From positions 480,001-512,000 of the forward strand of contig NC_010163.1 of assembly GCF_000018785.1 (NCBI RefSeq): DNA of 32,000 nucleotides, written 5' to 3'. A program made the translations under genes and the position numbers. The notes under the pieces were generated by a model. It did no database searches, had not been told where the DNA came from, and was given only the letters and a program-made list of their open reading frames with translations. Below are positions 1 to 9,211 of the stretch, in pieces (the first letter of the stretch is position 1; every line of letters starts with the position of its first letter). This DNA is from Acholeplasma laidlawii PG-8A. Its GTDB lineage: Bacteria > Bacillota_I > Bacilli_A > Acholeplasmatales > Acholeplasmataceae.

Positions 1-1880
1 CCTATATTAAAGATGCAAATATATTTGATATCCCTGAAGTAGCTTATGAAACAAATGAAGCACTAGACCTTAAACAAACAGAACTTGAAGCGTTAGGTAA
101 TTTATTGGTTGATTTAAACCTTACATTAGGGGACTTAATTGGTGGTGGCGCTGGTAACTTACTAGATAGTTATTATGTAAGTGACCTAACAAGCTTAGAT
201 TATAGTCAATCCTATCTAATTAAAGGATTTATTACCCACGGTATTAAAACCGGTATTGGCACACCGCATACACTTGCACTTGATACAACATACCCAGAAG
301 TTTTAAGTAATACTGAAATCGGTGAATTATTCAACATCTTAAATGCATTAGATACTATACCATCCATGACTGTACAAGGATTAATGGATACACTGGATCC
401 AACCGTTTTAACCTATGAACAAACATCTGATATCATTAATAGTGGAGACTCTATCGTTATTAGATCTTTATTTAGTGATAATTTATTAGGTACTCAAATC
501 ATTAGTGACCTAACACTTCAAGATGTAGCATATCATGATAATAATGGTACCTATGTATATGATTTAATTAGTTACAATGAAATGAAAAAATTAGTCGATG
601 CACTTGCTAACTTATTTGAACCAACAGATGTTGTTGTTGACTCTGTTACAAACCTAGATACAGATACATTAACCATTCATAATATGATGCTCATGCATCA
701 AGAAACATCTAGTATCATCCGCACATTAATGAGTGATTCTATTATTGGGTTTGCAACACCTCAAAGAATCTCTGATGATGCTTATGATCTAATGGCACCA
801 GGTGATTTAACTTACGTAGAATTAACTAATTTCTTAAATGCGATCGCTGTATTAGATTCTACATATAATGATGGTGACTTAAATAATGACTTACCAGTAA
901 CAGATTTAGTGGATACATTAGCAGGTACTGTAGGTCAACTTAAACTTGGACAAATGCAAAGTATGCATCAAGAAGGCTCACTGATTATGCAAAAATTCAT
1001 GTCAGAAGGTATTATCACAGCTGTACAAAGACCAAATGTTAGAGATGATGCATTTAGTGACCTAACAATGGAAATGGTTGATCACAGTGAAATTACGAAG
1101 TTACTCCTATCACTTAATGATATTGCATTATCTATGCATGCAAATGATCAAAACTTAGCTGATGATGAAACAATTACCAATGTAGTATCTAACATCTCAA
1201 CAAACCTAGAAACAGCACTGATTCGTACAATAGCTACAAGAGAATCTATTATTGTTTATAGAAAAGTAACAAATGCAATCAATTCAAGCCTACCAGTTGC
1301 AATACCTACACTAGCACTACAAAACCATGCATATACAGGTGATGATATTACATCGACTGAACTTGTTAACTTGACTTACGCGCTTGAAGACTTTGGCTTT
1401 ACAAATATTGATACATCGCTAGTTGACTCCGGGGCATCTGATTTATTAAATGTAAAAGATGCATTAACTAGAAACTCTTATATTATAGATAGAATGATTT
1501 CAGATGCTGTAACTACTGCAGGTTTAGATACTGTAGAATCTCATACTGGTATGGAAGATCCACTAATTGATATTCAAAAAGATGAACTTACAAATTTAGT
1601 AGACGCGTTTATTGCATTTGGTATTAGTGATATCAATAATGCTACAAGTACAAGCATGGCTACATTATATGCAAGTGCTCAAGCAATGAATGAAACCGAA
1701 TTTAACGCTTATATCGATTTTGTTGAACCGTATGATCCATTAACAGAAGATCTCGGATTAACTATCGTTAAAGACTTCTTGATTGCTAAACTAGATAACC
1801 AAATTCCAGATCCGTTTAACTTCCCAAATAATATCTCAGTTACAAACCGTCAAGAACTACATGATTTAATTTACCCATAA
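1..1880 (+). CDS. C-terminal part of a large acidic repeat-containing protein (probably surface-located); the 5' end lies upstream of the window
   Basis: Frame 3 is open from nt 3 with no stop, so the TTG at 105 is only the ORF-caller start. Stop TAA 1878-1880. Degenerate repeats of roughly 90-110 aa carry recurring motifs (T/S)xxE(L/I)xxLxxA(L/I) and SxI(I/V)RxLxSDxIIG...DDA(Y/F)xD. Composition is rich in D/T/N/L with few K/R. A hairpin terminator follows. Confidence 0.6.
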   Translation, partial: YIKDANIFDIPEVAYETNEALDLKQTELEALGNLLVDLNLTLGDLIGGGAGNLLDSYYVSDLTSLDYSQSYLIKGFITHGIKTGIGTPHTLALDTTYPEVLSNTEIGELFNILNALDTIPSMTVQGLMDTLDPTVLTYEQTSDIINSGDSIVIRSLFSDNLLGTQIISDLTLQDVAYHDNNGTYVYDLISYNEMKKLVDALANLFEPTDVVVDSVTNLDTDTLTIHNMMLMHQETSSIIRTLMSDSIIGFATPQRISDDAYDLMAPGDLTYVELTNFLNAIAVLDSTYNDGDLNNDLPVTDLVDTLAGTVGQLKLGQMQSMHQEGSLIMQKFMSEGIITAVQRPNVRDDAFSDLTMEMVDHSEITKLLLSLNDIALSMHANDQNLADDETITNVVSNISTNLETALIRTIATRESIIVYRKVTNAINSSLPVAIPTLALQNHAYTGDDITSTELVNLTYALEDFGFTNIDTSLVDSGASDLLNVKDALTRNSYIIDRMISDAVTTAGLDTVESHTGMEDPLIDIQKDELTNLVDAFIAFGISDINNATSTSMATLYASAQAMNETEFNAYIDFVEPYDPLTEDLGLTIVKDFLIAKLDNQIPDPFNFPNNISVTNRQELHDLIYP

Positions 1881-1895
1881 AAATTTAAGTACTTA

Positions 1896-1930
1896 CAAAC
1901 CCAGAAGAAACTCATTCTGGGTTTGTATCT
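1896..1930 (+). terminator. Rho-independent terminator after the repeat protein
   Basis: Stem CAAACCCAGAA (1896-1906) pairs with TTCTGGGTTTG (1915-1925). The trailing T-tract is weak. Confidence 0.55.
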
Positions 1931-1990
1931 ACGTCATAAGAGTAACATTGAATAAAAAATAATGTATAATAGAACTATGAAAGGTAGGGG

Positions 1991-2656
1991 ATGTGTATGA
2001 AACCGTCATATGGATGGCTTCTTAAGTGGATTCTAGCAGCAATATTAATCGCTGTAGGTCTTACAATGTTTTTCCAAATAGATTTAGTATTTTTAATTAC
2101 AGGTATAGTGATTGTAGTGTTTTCACTATTTAGAGTGGTACCCCTTGTCAAATCACTTAACAAAGAAATTTTAAGAACAATTAACTTAATTGAGATTATC
2201 TTTGATTTTCTATTAGGTGCATTAATGATTTATGTGGGTTATGAATCCATTAATTCAGGTAATGCAATTGACCCAATTTGGAGTCAAGTATATAAATACA
2301 CCTTAGCATTTGTATTCTTAGCTCGTGGTGTTGTATTCTTTTATTCCACAGTATTTTTGGAAGAGAAAACAGAACAAATTAAGTTTTGGACACATATTGT
2401 TGTATTTGCAATTGGCGCATTAATCCTTGGATTAAAAGACTTTGATGAATCTGCAATTGCATGGTTATTACTTGTTATTTCACTATTAGGTGGTGCCTAC
2501 TTAATCTACGATGGATCTAGAGGCTATGGTAAATACCGTGAGTACAGTTTGGGTATAAACACTAAAAAGGAAAAGGCTAAAAATGTAGAAAAAGAATTAC
2601 CTACAACAGATAAGCCACAACCTGAAAAAGATAGTGACAGACCATATATAAGTTAA
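1991..2656 (+). CDS. Polytopic membrane protein with a K/E-rich C-terminal tail, function unknown
   Basis: 221-aa ORF. An SD-like AGGTAGGGG sits just upstream of ATG 1991 (alternative ATG at 1997). Several hydrophobic helices. TATAAT at 1965-1970. Terminator downstream. Confidence 0.7.
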   Translation: MCMKPSYGWLLKWILAAILIAVGLTMFFQIDLVFLITGIVIVVFSLFRVVPLVKSLNKEILRTINLIEIIFDFLLGALMIYVGYESINSGNAIDPIWSQVYKYTLAFVFLARGVVFFYSTVFLEEKTEQIKFWTHIVVFAIGALILGLKDFDESAIAWLLLVISLLGGAYLIYDGSRGYGKYREYSLGINTKKEKAKNVEKELPTTDKPQPEKDSDRPYIS

Positions 2657-2678
2657 GCATTATAAGGAAAAAACTCTT

Positions 2679-2706
2679 AAAAAGCGCTAAATAAGCGCTT
2701 TTTTTA
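2679..2706 (+). terminator. Rho-independent terminator
   Basis: AAAAGCGC / loop TAAATAA / GCGCTTTT, followed by a T-run. Confidence 0.7.
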
Positions 2707-2881
2707 ATGTTGTATGTACATATAATTAAATCAGTTCTACATCTACTATAAAGTATATTTAATAAATTTTCTAAAATAAAATAATGATGTGTATAGTTTG
2801 GCTTGTATACCATAAAACTTATGAAGTATATACATACTAAACTTTGAAACGAAAATAATTTAAAAGGAAAGTGTTTTCAAT

Positions 2882-2898
2882 AATTTGAACTTCAAAAC
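2882..2898. promoter_or_regulatory. Palindrome AATTTGAACTTCAAAAC (TTTGA-N3-TCAAA) abutting the -35 of the fab promoter; candidate FabT-type operator
   Basis: Perfect 5+5 inverted repeat read directly in the sequence. Half-sites and spacing match the streptococcal FabT palindrome as I remember it. Confidence 0.4.
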
Positions 2899-2900
2899 AA

Positions 2901-2928
2901 TTGACAAATGGCTTAAAAGTGATAGAAT
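2901..2928 (+). promoter_or_regulatory. Sigma-70-type promoter of the acc/fab operon
   Basis: TTGACA 2901-2906, 16-nt spacer, extended -10 TGaTAGAAT (TAGAAT at 2923-2928). Leaves a leader of about 150 nt before accB. Confidence 0.6.
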
Positions 2929-2935
2929 GTTAATA

Positions 2936-2952
2936 AGTTTGAAGTTCAAGAT
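2936..2952. promoter_or_regulatory. Second palindrome AGTTTGAAGTTCAAGAT (TTTGA-N3-TCAAG) at about +2 to +18 of the fab promoter
   Basis: Read directly. Its centre is 54 bp from the first palindrome. One mismatch in the right arm. Confidence 0.4.
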
Positions 2953-3084
2953 AATTCAAGCTTAGCTTCATCACATCATTATAAGATATATTTACTGAAT
3001 ATGCCTATGCGTATTTGGCCTTTATTGCGTTTTAAAAACACAAGATCTAATGATGTATAAAAAAAATGAAAACGAGAGAACAAT

Positions 3085-3540
3085 ATGAAACTAAATGAAA
3101 TCAAAAGTATTATAAAAGACTTTGAAACATCCACTCTTACAGTTTTACAATTAGAGACTGATAATGTGAAGTTAAAATTATCCAAAAATAAAGAAAACAA
3201 TGTAGAACAAGTCGTGCAATCAACAGATGCTACAGCAAGCACCCAAATAGTACACAATCCTCAAACAGCTGTACCGGTTGCACCAACGCCTAACTTAGGT
3301 GATTTAGCAATCAAATCACCGCTTGTAGGCACTTTTTATGAAGCGTCCTCACCTGATGCTGAACCATTTGTAAAAGTTGGTGATGTGGTCAAAAAAGGAC
3401 AAGTTGTATGTATTGTCGAAGCGATGAAAATTATGAATGAGATTACATCGTCAGTAGATGGCAAGGTGACTAAAATCAACTTTAAAAATGGTGATGTTGT
3501 AGGGTTTGATGATGTCTTATTTGCAGTGGTGCAAGCGTAA
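3085..3540 (+). CDS. accB: Biotin carboxyl carrier protein of acetyl-CoA carboxylase
   Basis: EAMKIMNEI biotinyl-lysine motif, P/A-rich linker (PQTAVPVAPTP), C-terminal lipoyl-like domain. The stop overlaps the accC ATG (TAATG). Confidence 0.92.
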   Translation: MKLNEIKSIIKDFETSTLTVLQLETDNVKLKLSKNKENNVEQVVQSTDATASTQIVHNPQTAVPVAPTPNLGDLAIKSPLVGTFYEASSPDAEPFVKVGDVVKKGQVVCIVEAMKIMNEITSSVDGKVTKINFKNGDVVGFDDVLFAVVQA

Positions 3541-4919
3541 TGGCACAAAACAAGGTATTAGTAGCAAACCGTGGTGAAATTGCTGTTCGTATTATTAGAG
3601 CATGTAAAGAATTAGGTATACCTGTTGTAGCGGTCTATTCAACTGCTGATAAATCTTCACTTCATACAAAATTAGCAGATGAAGCAGTTTGTATTGGGTC
3701 TGCAAGATCCAAAGATAGTTATTTAAATATGCAGGCTGTATTAAGTGCAGCAATCGCAACAGGATGTAATGCCATTCACCCAGGTTATGGCTTTTTAGCA
3801 GAGAATGCTAAATTTATCGAGATGGTTGAAGCAACAGGTATTAAGTTTATCGGCCCATCATCTAACGTTGTTAGTAAATTAGGCGATAAAGCGACTGCTA
3901 GAGCGATTGCTAAAGCAGTAGGTGTTCCAGTCGTTGAAGGTTCTGATGGTGTTGTTGAAAACAAGGAGATCGGATTAAAGATTGCTAAACAGATTGGTTA
4001 TCCTATTATGATTAAAGCAAGTTCTGGTGGTGGTGGACGTGGTATTAGCGTATGTCACAATGATACAGAATTCAAAAAGGCTTTTGACATGACATCGATG
4101 GAGGCAGAATCAGCATTTGGCGATAAATCTGTCTATATTGAAAAATTTGTAGAAAATCCAAGACATATTGAAATCCAAATTATTGCAGATAGTAAAGGCA
4201 ATGTCGTGCATTTATATGAACGTGATTGTTCAATGCAAAGACGTAATCAAAAATTAATTGAAGAAGCACCGTCTTCTATTTTAAATGAGGACTTAAGACG
4301 CAAAATGGGTCAATCTGCAGTTAAGTTAGCTAAACATGTAGGCTATGAAAATGCTGGAACCATTGAATTTTTAGTTGACTCTAGAAAAAATTACTATTTT
4401 ATTGAAATGAATACACGTATTCAAGTAGAACATCCAGTTACTGAGATGATTACAGGTATTGATCTTGTTAAAGAACAAATTAAAATAGCATATGGTAAAC
4501 CTCTAAGCTTTAAACAACGTGATGTCAAGATTACAGGGCATGCGATTGAATGTAGAATCAATGCTGAGGATCCAATGAATAACTTTATGCCGGCTCCTGG
4601 TAAAATCGGTAAGATTTTACTTCCAGGTGGTTTTAATGTACGCTTTGATTCTCATATATATCCAGATTACGAGGTACCACCTTTCTATGATTCAATGTTG
4701 GGTAAATTAATTGTATTTGCACCTACTAGAAAAGAAGCGATGCGTAAAATGCGCATTGCATTAGAACAATTAGTTATTGAAGGTATTACTACAAATATTG
4801 AATATCATTATGCAATATTACATGCTACTGATTTTATTAAAGGTACATATGATACAGGATTTGTAGCTAAATTTAATGGATTAATCCAAGGTGAATATAA
4901 TGAATCACTTATTGGATGA
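3540..4919 (+). CDS. accC: Biotin carboxylase subunit of acetyl-CoA carboxylase
   Basis: N-terminus KVLVANRGEIAVRIIRA, ATP-grasp glycine loop GGGGRG, EMNTRIQVEHPVTE motif. Ends in TGA at 4917-4919. Confidence 0.95.
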   Translation: MAQNKVLVANRGEIAVRIIRACKELGIPVVAVYSTADKSSLHTKLADEAVCIGSARSKDSYLNMQAVLSAAIATGCNAIHPGYGFLAENAKFIEMVEATGIKFIGPSSNVVSKLGDKATARAIAKAVGVPVVEGSDGVVENKEIGLKIAKQIGYPIMIKASSGGGGRGISVCHNDTEFKKAFDMTSMEAESAFGDKSVYIEKFVENPRHIEIQIIADSKGNVVHLYERDCSMQRRNQKLIEEAPSSILNEDLRRKMGQSAVKLAKHVGYENAGTIEFLVDSRKNYYFIEMNTRIQVEHPVTEMITGIDLVKEQIKIAYGKPLSFKQRDVKITGHAIECRINAEDPMNNFMPAPGKIGKILLPGGFNVRFDSHIYPDYEVPPFYDSMLGKLIVFAPTRKEAMRKMRIALEQLVIEGITTNIEYHYAILHATDFIKGTYDTGFVAKFNGLIQGEYNESLIG

Positions 4920-5778
4920 ACGTAAAAGAAGATTATCTCAGTTTCATGAGATTATTAAAAAAAGACCTATAGAAACTAGGCCAGTAGATATTCCTGATGG
5001 TGTATTTAGTCAGTGTGAACAATGTAACTCTGCAATCTATAATAAGGATTTAGAACATAACTATGAAGTATGTCCTTATTGTAGTTACCATTTTAAAATT
5101 AATGCGGTAAAGCGTTTAAAGTATACACTTGATGAGGATACTTTTAAACCTTTATTTGAGAACATAACATCCAAAAATCCTCTAGGCATGCCTGAATATG
5201 AAGAAAAGTTAGATAAAGGTATGAGAATGGCAAAAATGAATGAAGCATTTTTAGCAGGAACTGGGAAAATAGATGGTCAAAACTTGGCTATCGGTGTTCT
5301 TGATTCATATTTTATGATGGGTTCAATGGGTTCAGTTGTAGGGGAGCGTATCACTAGATTAATTGAACATGCTGCTAAGCACAATCTACCGCTTGTTATA
5401 TTTAGTGCATCCGGTGGAGCACGTATGCAAGAAGGTATTTTAAGTTTAATGCAAATGGCTAAAACATCTGGTGCTTTAAATTTGCTTGATGAAAAAGGCT
5501 TAGTATACATTTCTGTAATGACGAATCCAACAACCGGTGGTGTTGCTGCATCCTTTGCAAGTTTAGGGGATATCAATATTGCTGAAAAATCCAGTTTAAT
5601 TGGTTTCGCAGGTGCTAGAGTTATTAAACAAACAATTGGTCAAGATTTACCAGCTGGTTTTCAAACCGATGCTTTTCAACTTCAAAAAGGACAAGTGGAC
5701 TTGGTTGTTTTAAGATCTCAATTGAAAAAGACTTTATCAACATTACTTAAACTACATGCTAAGAAGGTGACATCATGA
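4891..5778 (+). CDS. accD: Acetyl-CoA carboxylase carboxyltransferase beta subunit
   Basis: N-terminal zinc ribbon CEQC...CPYC and a carboxyltransferase core (SGGARMQEG). The ORF starts at GTG 4891, but ATG 4900 preceded by AAGGTGA is the more likely start. Confidence 0.9.
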   Translation: MNIMNHLLDERKRRLSQFHEIIKKRPIETRPVDIPDGVFSQCEQCNSAIYNKDLEHNYEVCPYCSYHFKINAVKRLKYTLDEDTFKPLFENITSKNPLGMPEYEEKLDKGMRMAKMNEAFLAGTGKIDGQNLAIGVLDSYFMMGSMGSVVGERITRLIEHAAKHNLPLVIFSASGGARMQEGILSLMQMAKTSGALNLLDEKGLVYISVMTNPTTGGVAASFASLGDINIAEKSSLIGFAGARVIKQTIGQDLPAGFQTDAFQLQKGQVDLVVLRSQLKKTLSTLLKLHAKKVTS

Positions 5779-6608
5779 CAGATATGGATAAAGTTTGGCA
5801 AAGAGTTAAGTTGGCACGTAGTGCTGATAGGCCAACATCAAAGTCACTTATTAAAGCAATCTTCCCTGATTTCATTGAACTACATGGTGATCGTCTTTAC
5901 GGCGATGATGAAGCTATTGTAGGTGGACTGGCGACCTTTAATGATATACCAGTTACGGTGATTGCTGAAGAAAAGGGTACTGATACACAAAATAGATTAA
6001 AACATAATTTTGGTATGCCACATCCTGAAGGTTATCGTAAGGCATTAAGATTGATGAAACAAGCCGAGAAGTTTAAACGTCCTATTATTACAATTATTGA
6101 TACACCAGGTGCTTATCCGGGACTTGGCGCAGAAGAACGTGGCCAAGCAGGTGCGATTGCATTAAATTTAAAAGAACTGATGGTGTTAAAAACACCTATT
6201 ATTGTTATTGTATTAGGTGAAGGTGGTTCTGGTGGTGCACTTGCTATAGGTGTAGGCGATCACATTATGATGTTTGAAAATGCGATATATTCTATATTAT
6301 CACCTGAAGGATTTGCTTCAATTTTATTTAAAGATAGTACACGTGCTAATGAGGCTGCTCATTTAATGAAACTTACAGCAGAAGATTTAAAATCATTTGG
6401 TATTATTGATGAAATCATCTTAGAGGGTAAGGGATTAAATACAGACCCTGAAGTCGGTTATACCAATTTAAAGAAACAAATAAGTAAACAACTAACAAAA
6501 TTAATGAAAACACCTGTAGAAAAACTTCTTGTTAATAGATATGACAAGTTCAAAAAAATGGGTGAATACGAAGAAAGTGTGATCAAAAATGAAGAACTTG
6601 CCGATTAA
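5775..6608 (+). CDS. accA: Acetyl-CoA carboxylase carboxyltransferase alpha subunit (short form lacking the usual N-terminal helical extension)
   Basis: Motifs RPTSKSLI, IDTPGAYPG, GEGGSGGALA. ATGA overlap with accD. Confidence 0.9.
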   Translation: MTDMDKVWQRVKLARSADRPTSKSLIKAIFPDFIELHGDRLYGDDEAIVGGLATFNDIPVTVIAEEKGTDTQNRLKHNFGMPHPEGYRKALRLMKQAEKFKRPIITIIDTPGAYPGLGAEERGQAGAIALNLKELMVLKTPIIVIVLGEGGSGGALAIGVGDHIMMFENAIYSILSPEGFASILFKDSTRANEAAHLMKLTAEDLKSFGIIDEIILEGKGLNTDPEVGYTNLKKQISKQLTKLMKTPVEKLLVNRYDKFKKMGEYEESVIKNEELAD

Positions 6609-7521
6609 AATAGTAAGCACTGGTCGTTATGCACCAGATAATATTATGACTAATGATGATTTTAGTAAAATATTAGATACGAATGATGAATGGATAACTA
6701 CTAGAACAGGTATTAAAAGACGCCATATTGCTCAAGGTGAAACCGCAATTGATATGGCATATAAAGCAGCTTTAAAGGCTGTTGAAAATAAAAATTATGA
6801 TAAAGAAAAAATTGATTTAATTATTGTTGCAAGTATTACATCACCAGTTAAAACACCATCTATTGCAAATTTAATCCAAGCTAAACTTGGACTAAATCAT
6901 AAAAATATTGTAGCATTTGATATTAATGCTGCATGTAGTGGGTTTGTTTATGCGGTTGAAATTGCAGCAAGTATGATTTCATCAGGTAATTATAAATCAG
7001 CATTAGTTATTGGTTCTGAACATATGTCATCTATCCTTGATTGGGAAGACCGTTCAACTGCTATCCTATTTGGTGATGCTGCTGGTGCAGCAATTATTGA
7101 AGTAAGTGATAATCCAAAAGATAATGCATATTTCTGGAATGGTTCTAGAGGTGATGATACGGGTATTTTATGGATTGATCCAAAAGTAAAGATGGCTGGA
7201 CGTGAAGTCTATAAATTTGCAGTGGATATTATGCCTAAAGCTATTCATAAAGTACTTGAAAAAGCAGGACTTACAATTGATGATATCGATTATATTATTC
7301 CTCATCAAGCAAACTACAGAATTATTCAAAGTGTTGCTAAAGATATGAATTTACCGATTGAAAGATTTTTAATGAACCTAGAAGAGTATGGTAATACATC
7401 CGCAGCAAGTATTCCATTCTTATTAGATGAACATAAGACTAATAACCCTGAAGTTAAAAGAGTTATATTAGTTGGATTTGGCGGCGGATTTACTTGGGGT
7501 GCAGCCATCCTAAATGTGTAG
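6589..7521 (+). CDS. fabH: 3-oxoacyl-ACP synthase III
   Basis: Active-site NAACSGF, HQAN and GNTSAAS motifs. 20-nt overlap with accA. Confidence 0.92.
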   Translation: MKNLPIKIVSTGRYAPDNIMTNDDFSKILDTNDEWITTRTGIKRRHIAQGETAIDMAYKAALKAVENKNYDKEKIDLIIVASITSPVKTPSIANLIQAKLGLNHKNIVAFDINAACSGFVYAVEIAASMISSGNYKSALVIGSEHMSSILDWEDRSTAILFGDAAGAAIIEVSDNPKDNAYFWNGSRGDDTGILWIDPKVKMAGREVYKFAVDIMPKAIHKVLEKAGLTIDDIDYIIPHQANYRIIQSVAKDMNLPIERFLMNLEEYGNTSAASIPFLLDEHKTNNPEVKRVILVGFGGGFTWGAAILNV

Positions 7522-7530
7522 GTAACTTTT

Positions 7531-8451
7531 ATGAAAACAGCGATTTTATTTTCTGGTCAAGGTGCTCAATACGTCAACATGGGACTAGATTTCATTGAAA
7601 ATGTTCCAGAGTTAAAGCATAAACTAGAGTCATACGCAGCTATTTTAGATTTAGACATCTTATCTCATTTAAAAGATGAAACCAAAATAAATGATACAAG
7701 ATATACACAACCATTAATGGTTGTAGTAGAAATGTTAATCCATGATTACTTAGTATCACAAGGGTTAAAGATTGATGGATATGCAGGCTTTTCATTAGGT
7801 GAGTTTGCTGGTCTATATGCTGCGGGATTTTATGAAGCAGAAAACATCTTAAAGATAATTAATATGCGAGCAAAACTTATGCAAGAGGCATCTACCCTAA
7901 ACCCTGGCGCCATGGCAGCTATCTTATCCCTTAGTGATGATGTTGTTGAGGCAATTTGTAAGGAAGTGTCAACACCAAATGATTTAGTAGTTGCAGCAAA
8001 CTATAATAGTGATGGTCAACTTGTTATCTCTGGATCTAAAAAAGCAGTACAGTTAGCTGTAGATTTAGCTAAAGAAAAAGGTGCTAGAAGAGCGATGATG
8101 CTAAATGTATCAGGAGCCTTCCATTCACCTTATATGAAAGATGCAGGCTCAAGTTTAAAACTTTATGCAGAAAATTTTAAACTTCATGATGCTCATAAAG
8201 TACTTTATGCCAATACAACAGCAATGCCATTAAAAAAAGAAGATGTTTTAAATGAAATCTATGAGCAAATAGCAAATCCAGTATATTTCAAACAAACGAT
8301 TCAACACATGGTTAAAGATGGATTTGAAAGATTTATTGAAGTCGGTCCAGGTCAAGTACTTTCAAGTTTAGTTAAAAAAATTAGTCCTGAAAGCAAAATA
8401 TATAATGTATCCAAATTTGAGGATATAAAAAATTTAGAGGAGATTTTATAA
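7531..8451 (+). CDS. fabD: Malonyl-CoA:ACP transacylase
   Basis: FSGQGAQ N-terminus, nucleophile elbow GFSLGE, SGAFHSP motif. Confidence 0.92.
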   Translation: MKTAILFSGQGAQYVNMGLDFIENVPELKHKLESYAAILDLDILSHLKDETKINDTRYTQPLMVVVEMLIHDYLVSQGLKIDGYAGFSLGEFAGLYAAGFYEAENILKIINMRAKLMQEASTLNPGAMAAILSLSDDVVEAICKEVSTPNDLVVAANYNSDGQLVISGSKKAVQLAVDLAKEKGARRAMMLNVSGAFHSPYMKDAGSSLKLYAENFKLHDAHKVLYANTTAMPLKKEDVLNEIYEQIANPVYFKQTIQHMVKDGFERFIEVGPGQVLSSLVKKISPESKIYNVSKFEDIKNLEEIL

Positions 8452-9197
8452 TGAGTTTAAAAGATAAAGTAGCATTAGTAACAGGTGGTTCTACAGGAAT
8501 TGGTAAAGCTATTGCAACAAAATTAGCATCTATGGGTGCAAATATTGTCATAAACTATTTTGTTGGACCTGAAGAGGCTAAGCAAGTAGCAGACGAATTA
8601 GCAAGTACATATCAAGTCAAAGCAATCGCACTTCATGCAGACGTTTCTAATTTCGAATCTGCTCAAAATTTAATTGATGAAACAGTAAGACAAATGGGTA
8701 CATTAAATATTGTAGTTAATAATGCAGGTATTACTGATGATGCACTCATCCTAAGAATGTCAGAACATCAATTTGACCGTGTCATTAATACAAACTTAAA
8801 AGGTGTTTTCAATATATCAAAACACAGTGCAAGGCCATTATTAAAGGCTGGTTATGGTAGAATTATTAATATTGCATCAGTTATTGGTGAATATGGTAAT
8901 GTTGGCCAAGTAAACTATGGTGCAGCAAAAGCTGGTGTGATTGGAATTACTAAAACCTTAGCAAAAGAGTTTGCATCAAGAAAAGTGACAGTAAACGCAA
9001 TTGCTCCTGGATTTATTGAAACACAAATGACAAGAAACCTACCTGAACAAGTTCGTGCAGAAATGTTAAGATACATTGCATTAGGTAGTTATGGACAACC
9101 TGAAGATATCGCAAATCTAGTTGGATTTTTAGCATCACCAGAAGCAGGATACATCACTGGTGTAGTGATTGATGTTGACGGCGGGTTAACAATTTAA
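8451..9197 (+). CDS. fabG: 3-oxoacyl-ACP reductase (SDR)
   Basis: TGGSTGIGKA Rossmann motif, NNAG, catalytic YGAAK. The start overlaps the fabD stop (TAATG). Confidence 0.9.
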   Translation: MSLKDKVALVTGGSTGIGKAIATKLASMGANIVINYFVGPEEAKQVADELASTYQVKAIALHADVSNFESAQNLIDETVRQMGTLNIVVNNAGITDDALILRMSEHQFDRVINTNLKGVFNISKHSARPLLKAGYGRIINIASVIGEYGNVGQVNYGAAKAGVIGITKTLAKEFASRKVTVNAIAPGFIETQMTRNLPEQVRAEMLRYIALGSYGQPEDIANLVGFLASPEAGYITGVVIDVDGGLTI

Positions 9198-9211
9198 GAG
9201 TGGGTGAATAT

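Noticed and set aside
2713-2722. Perfect 10-bp palindrome TATGTACATA and other short AT-rich dyads in 2707-2880
   Set aside because: They are short and occur in a very AT-rich spacer just after a terminator. They are not repeated elsewhere in the window and have no associated gene, so they cannot be told apart from chance.
3001-3060. 19-codon uORF (MPMRIWPLLRFKNTRSNDV) in the accB leader
   Set aside because: No SD-like sequence lies upstream and there is nothing to suggest attenuation. It is most likely a chance ORF.
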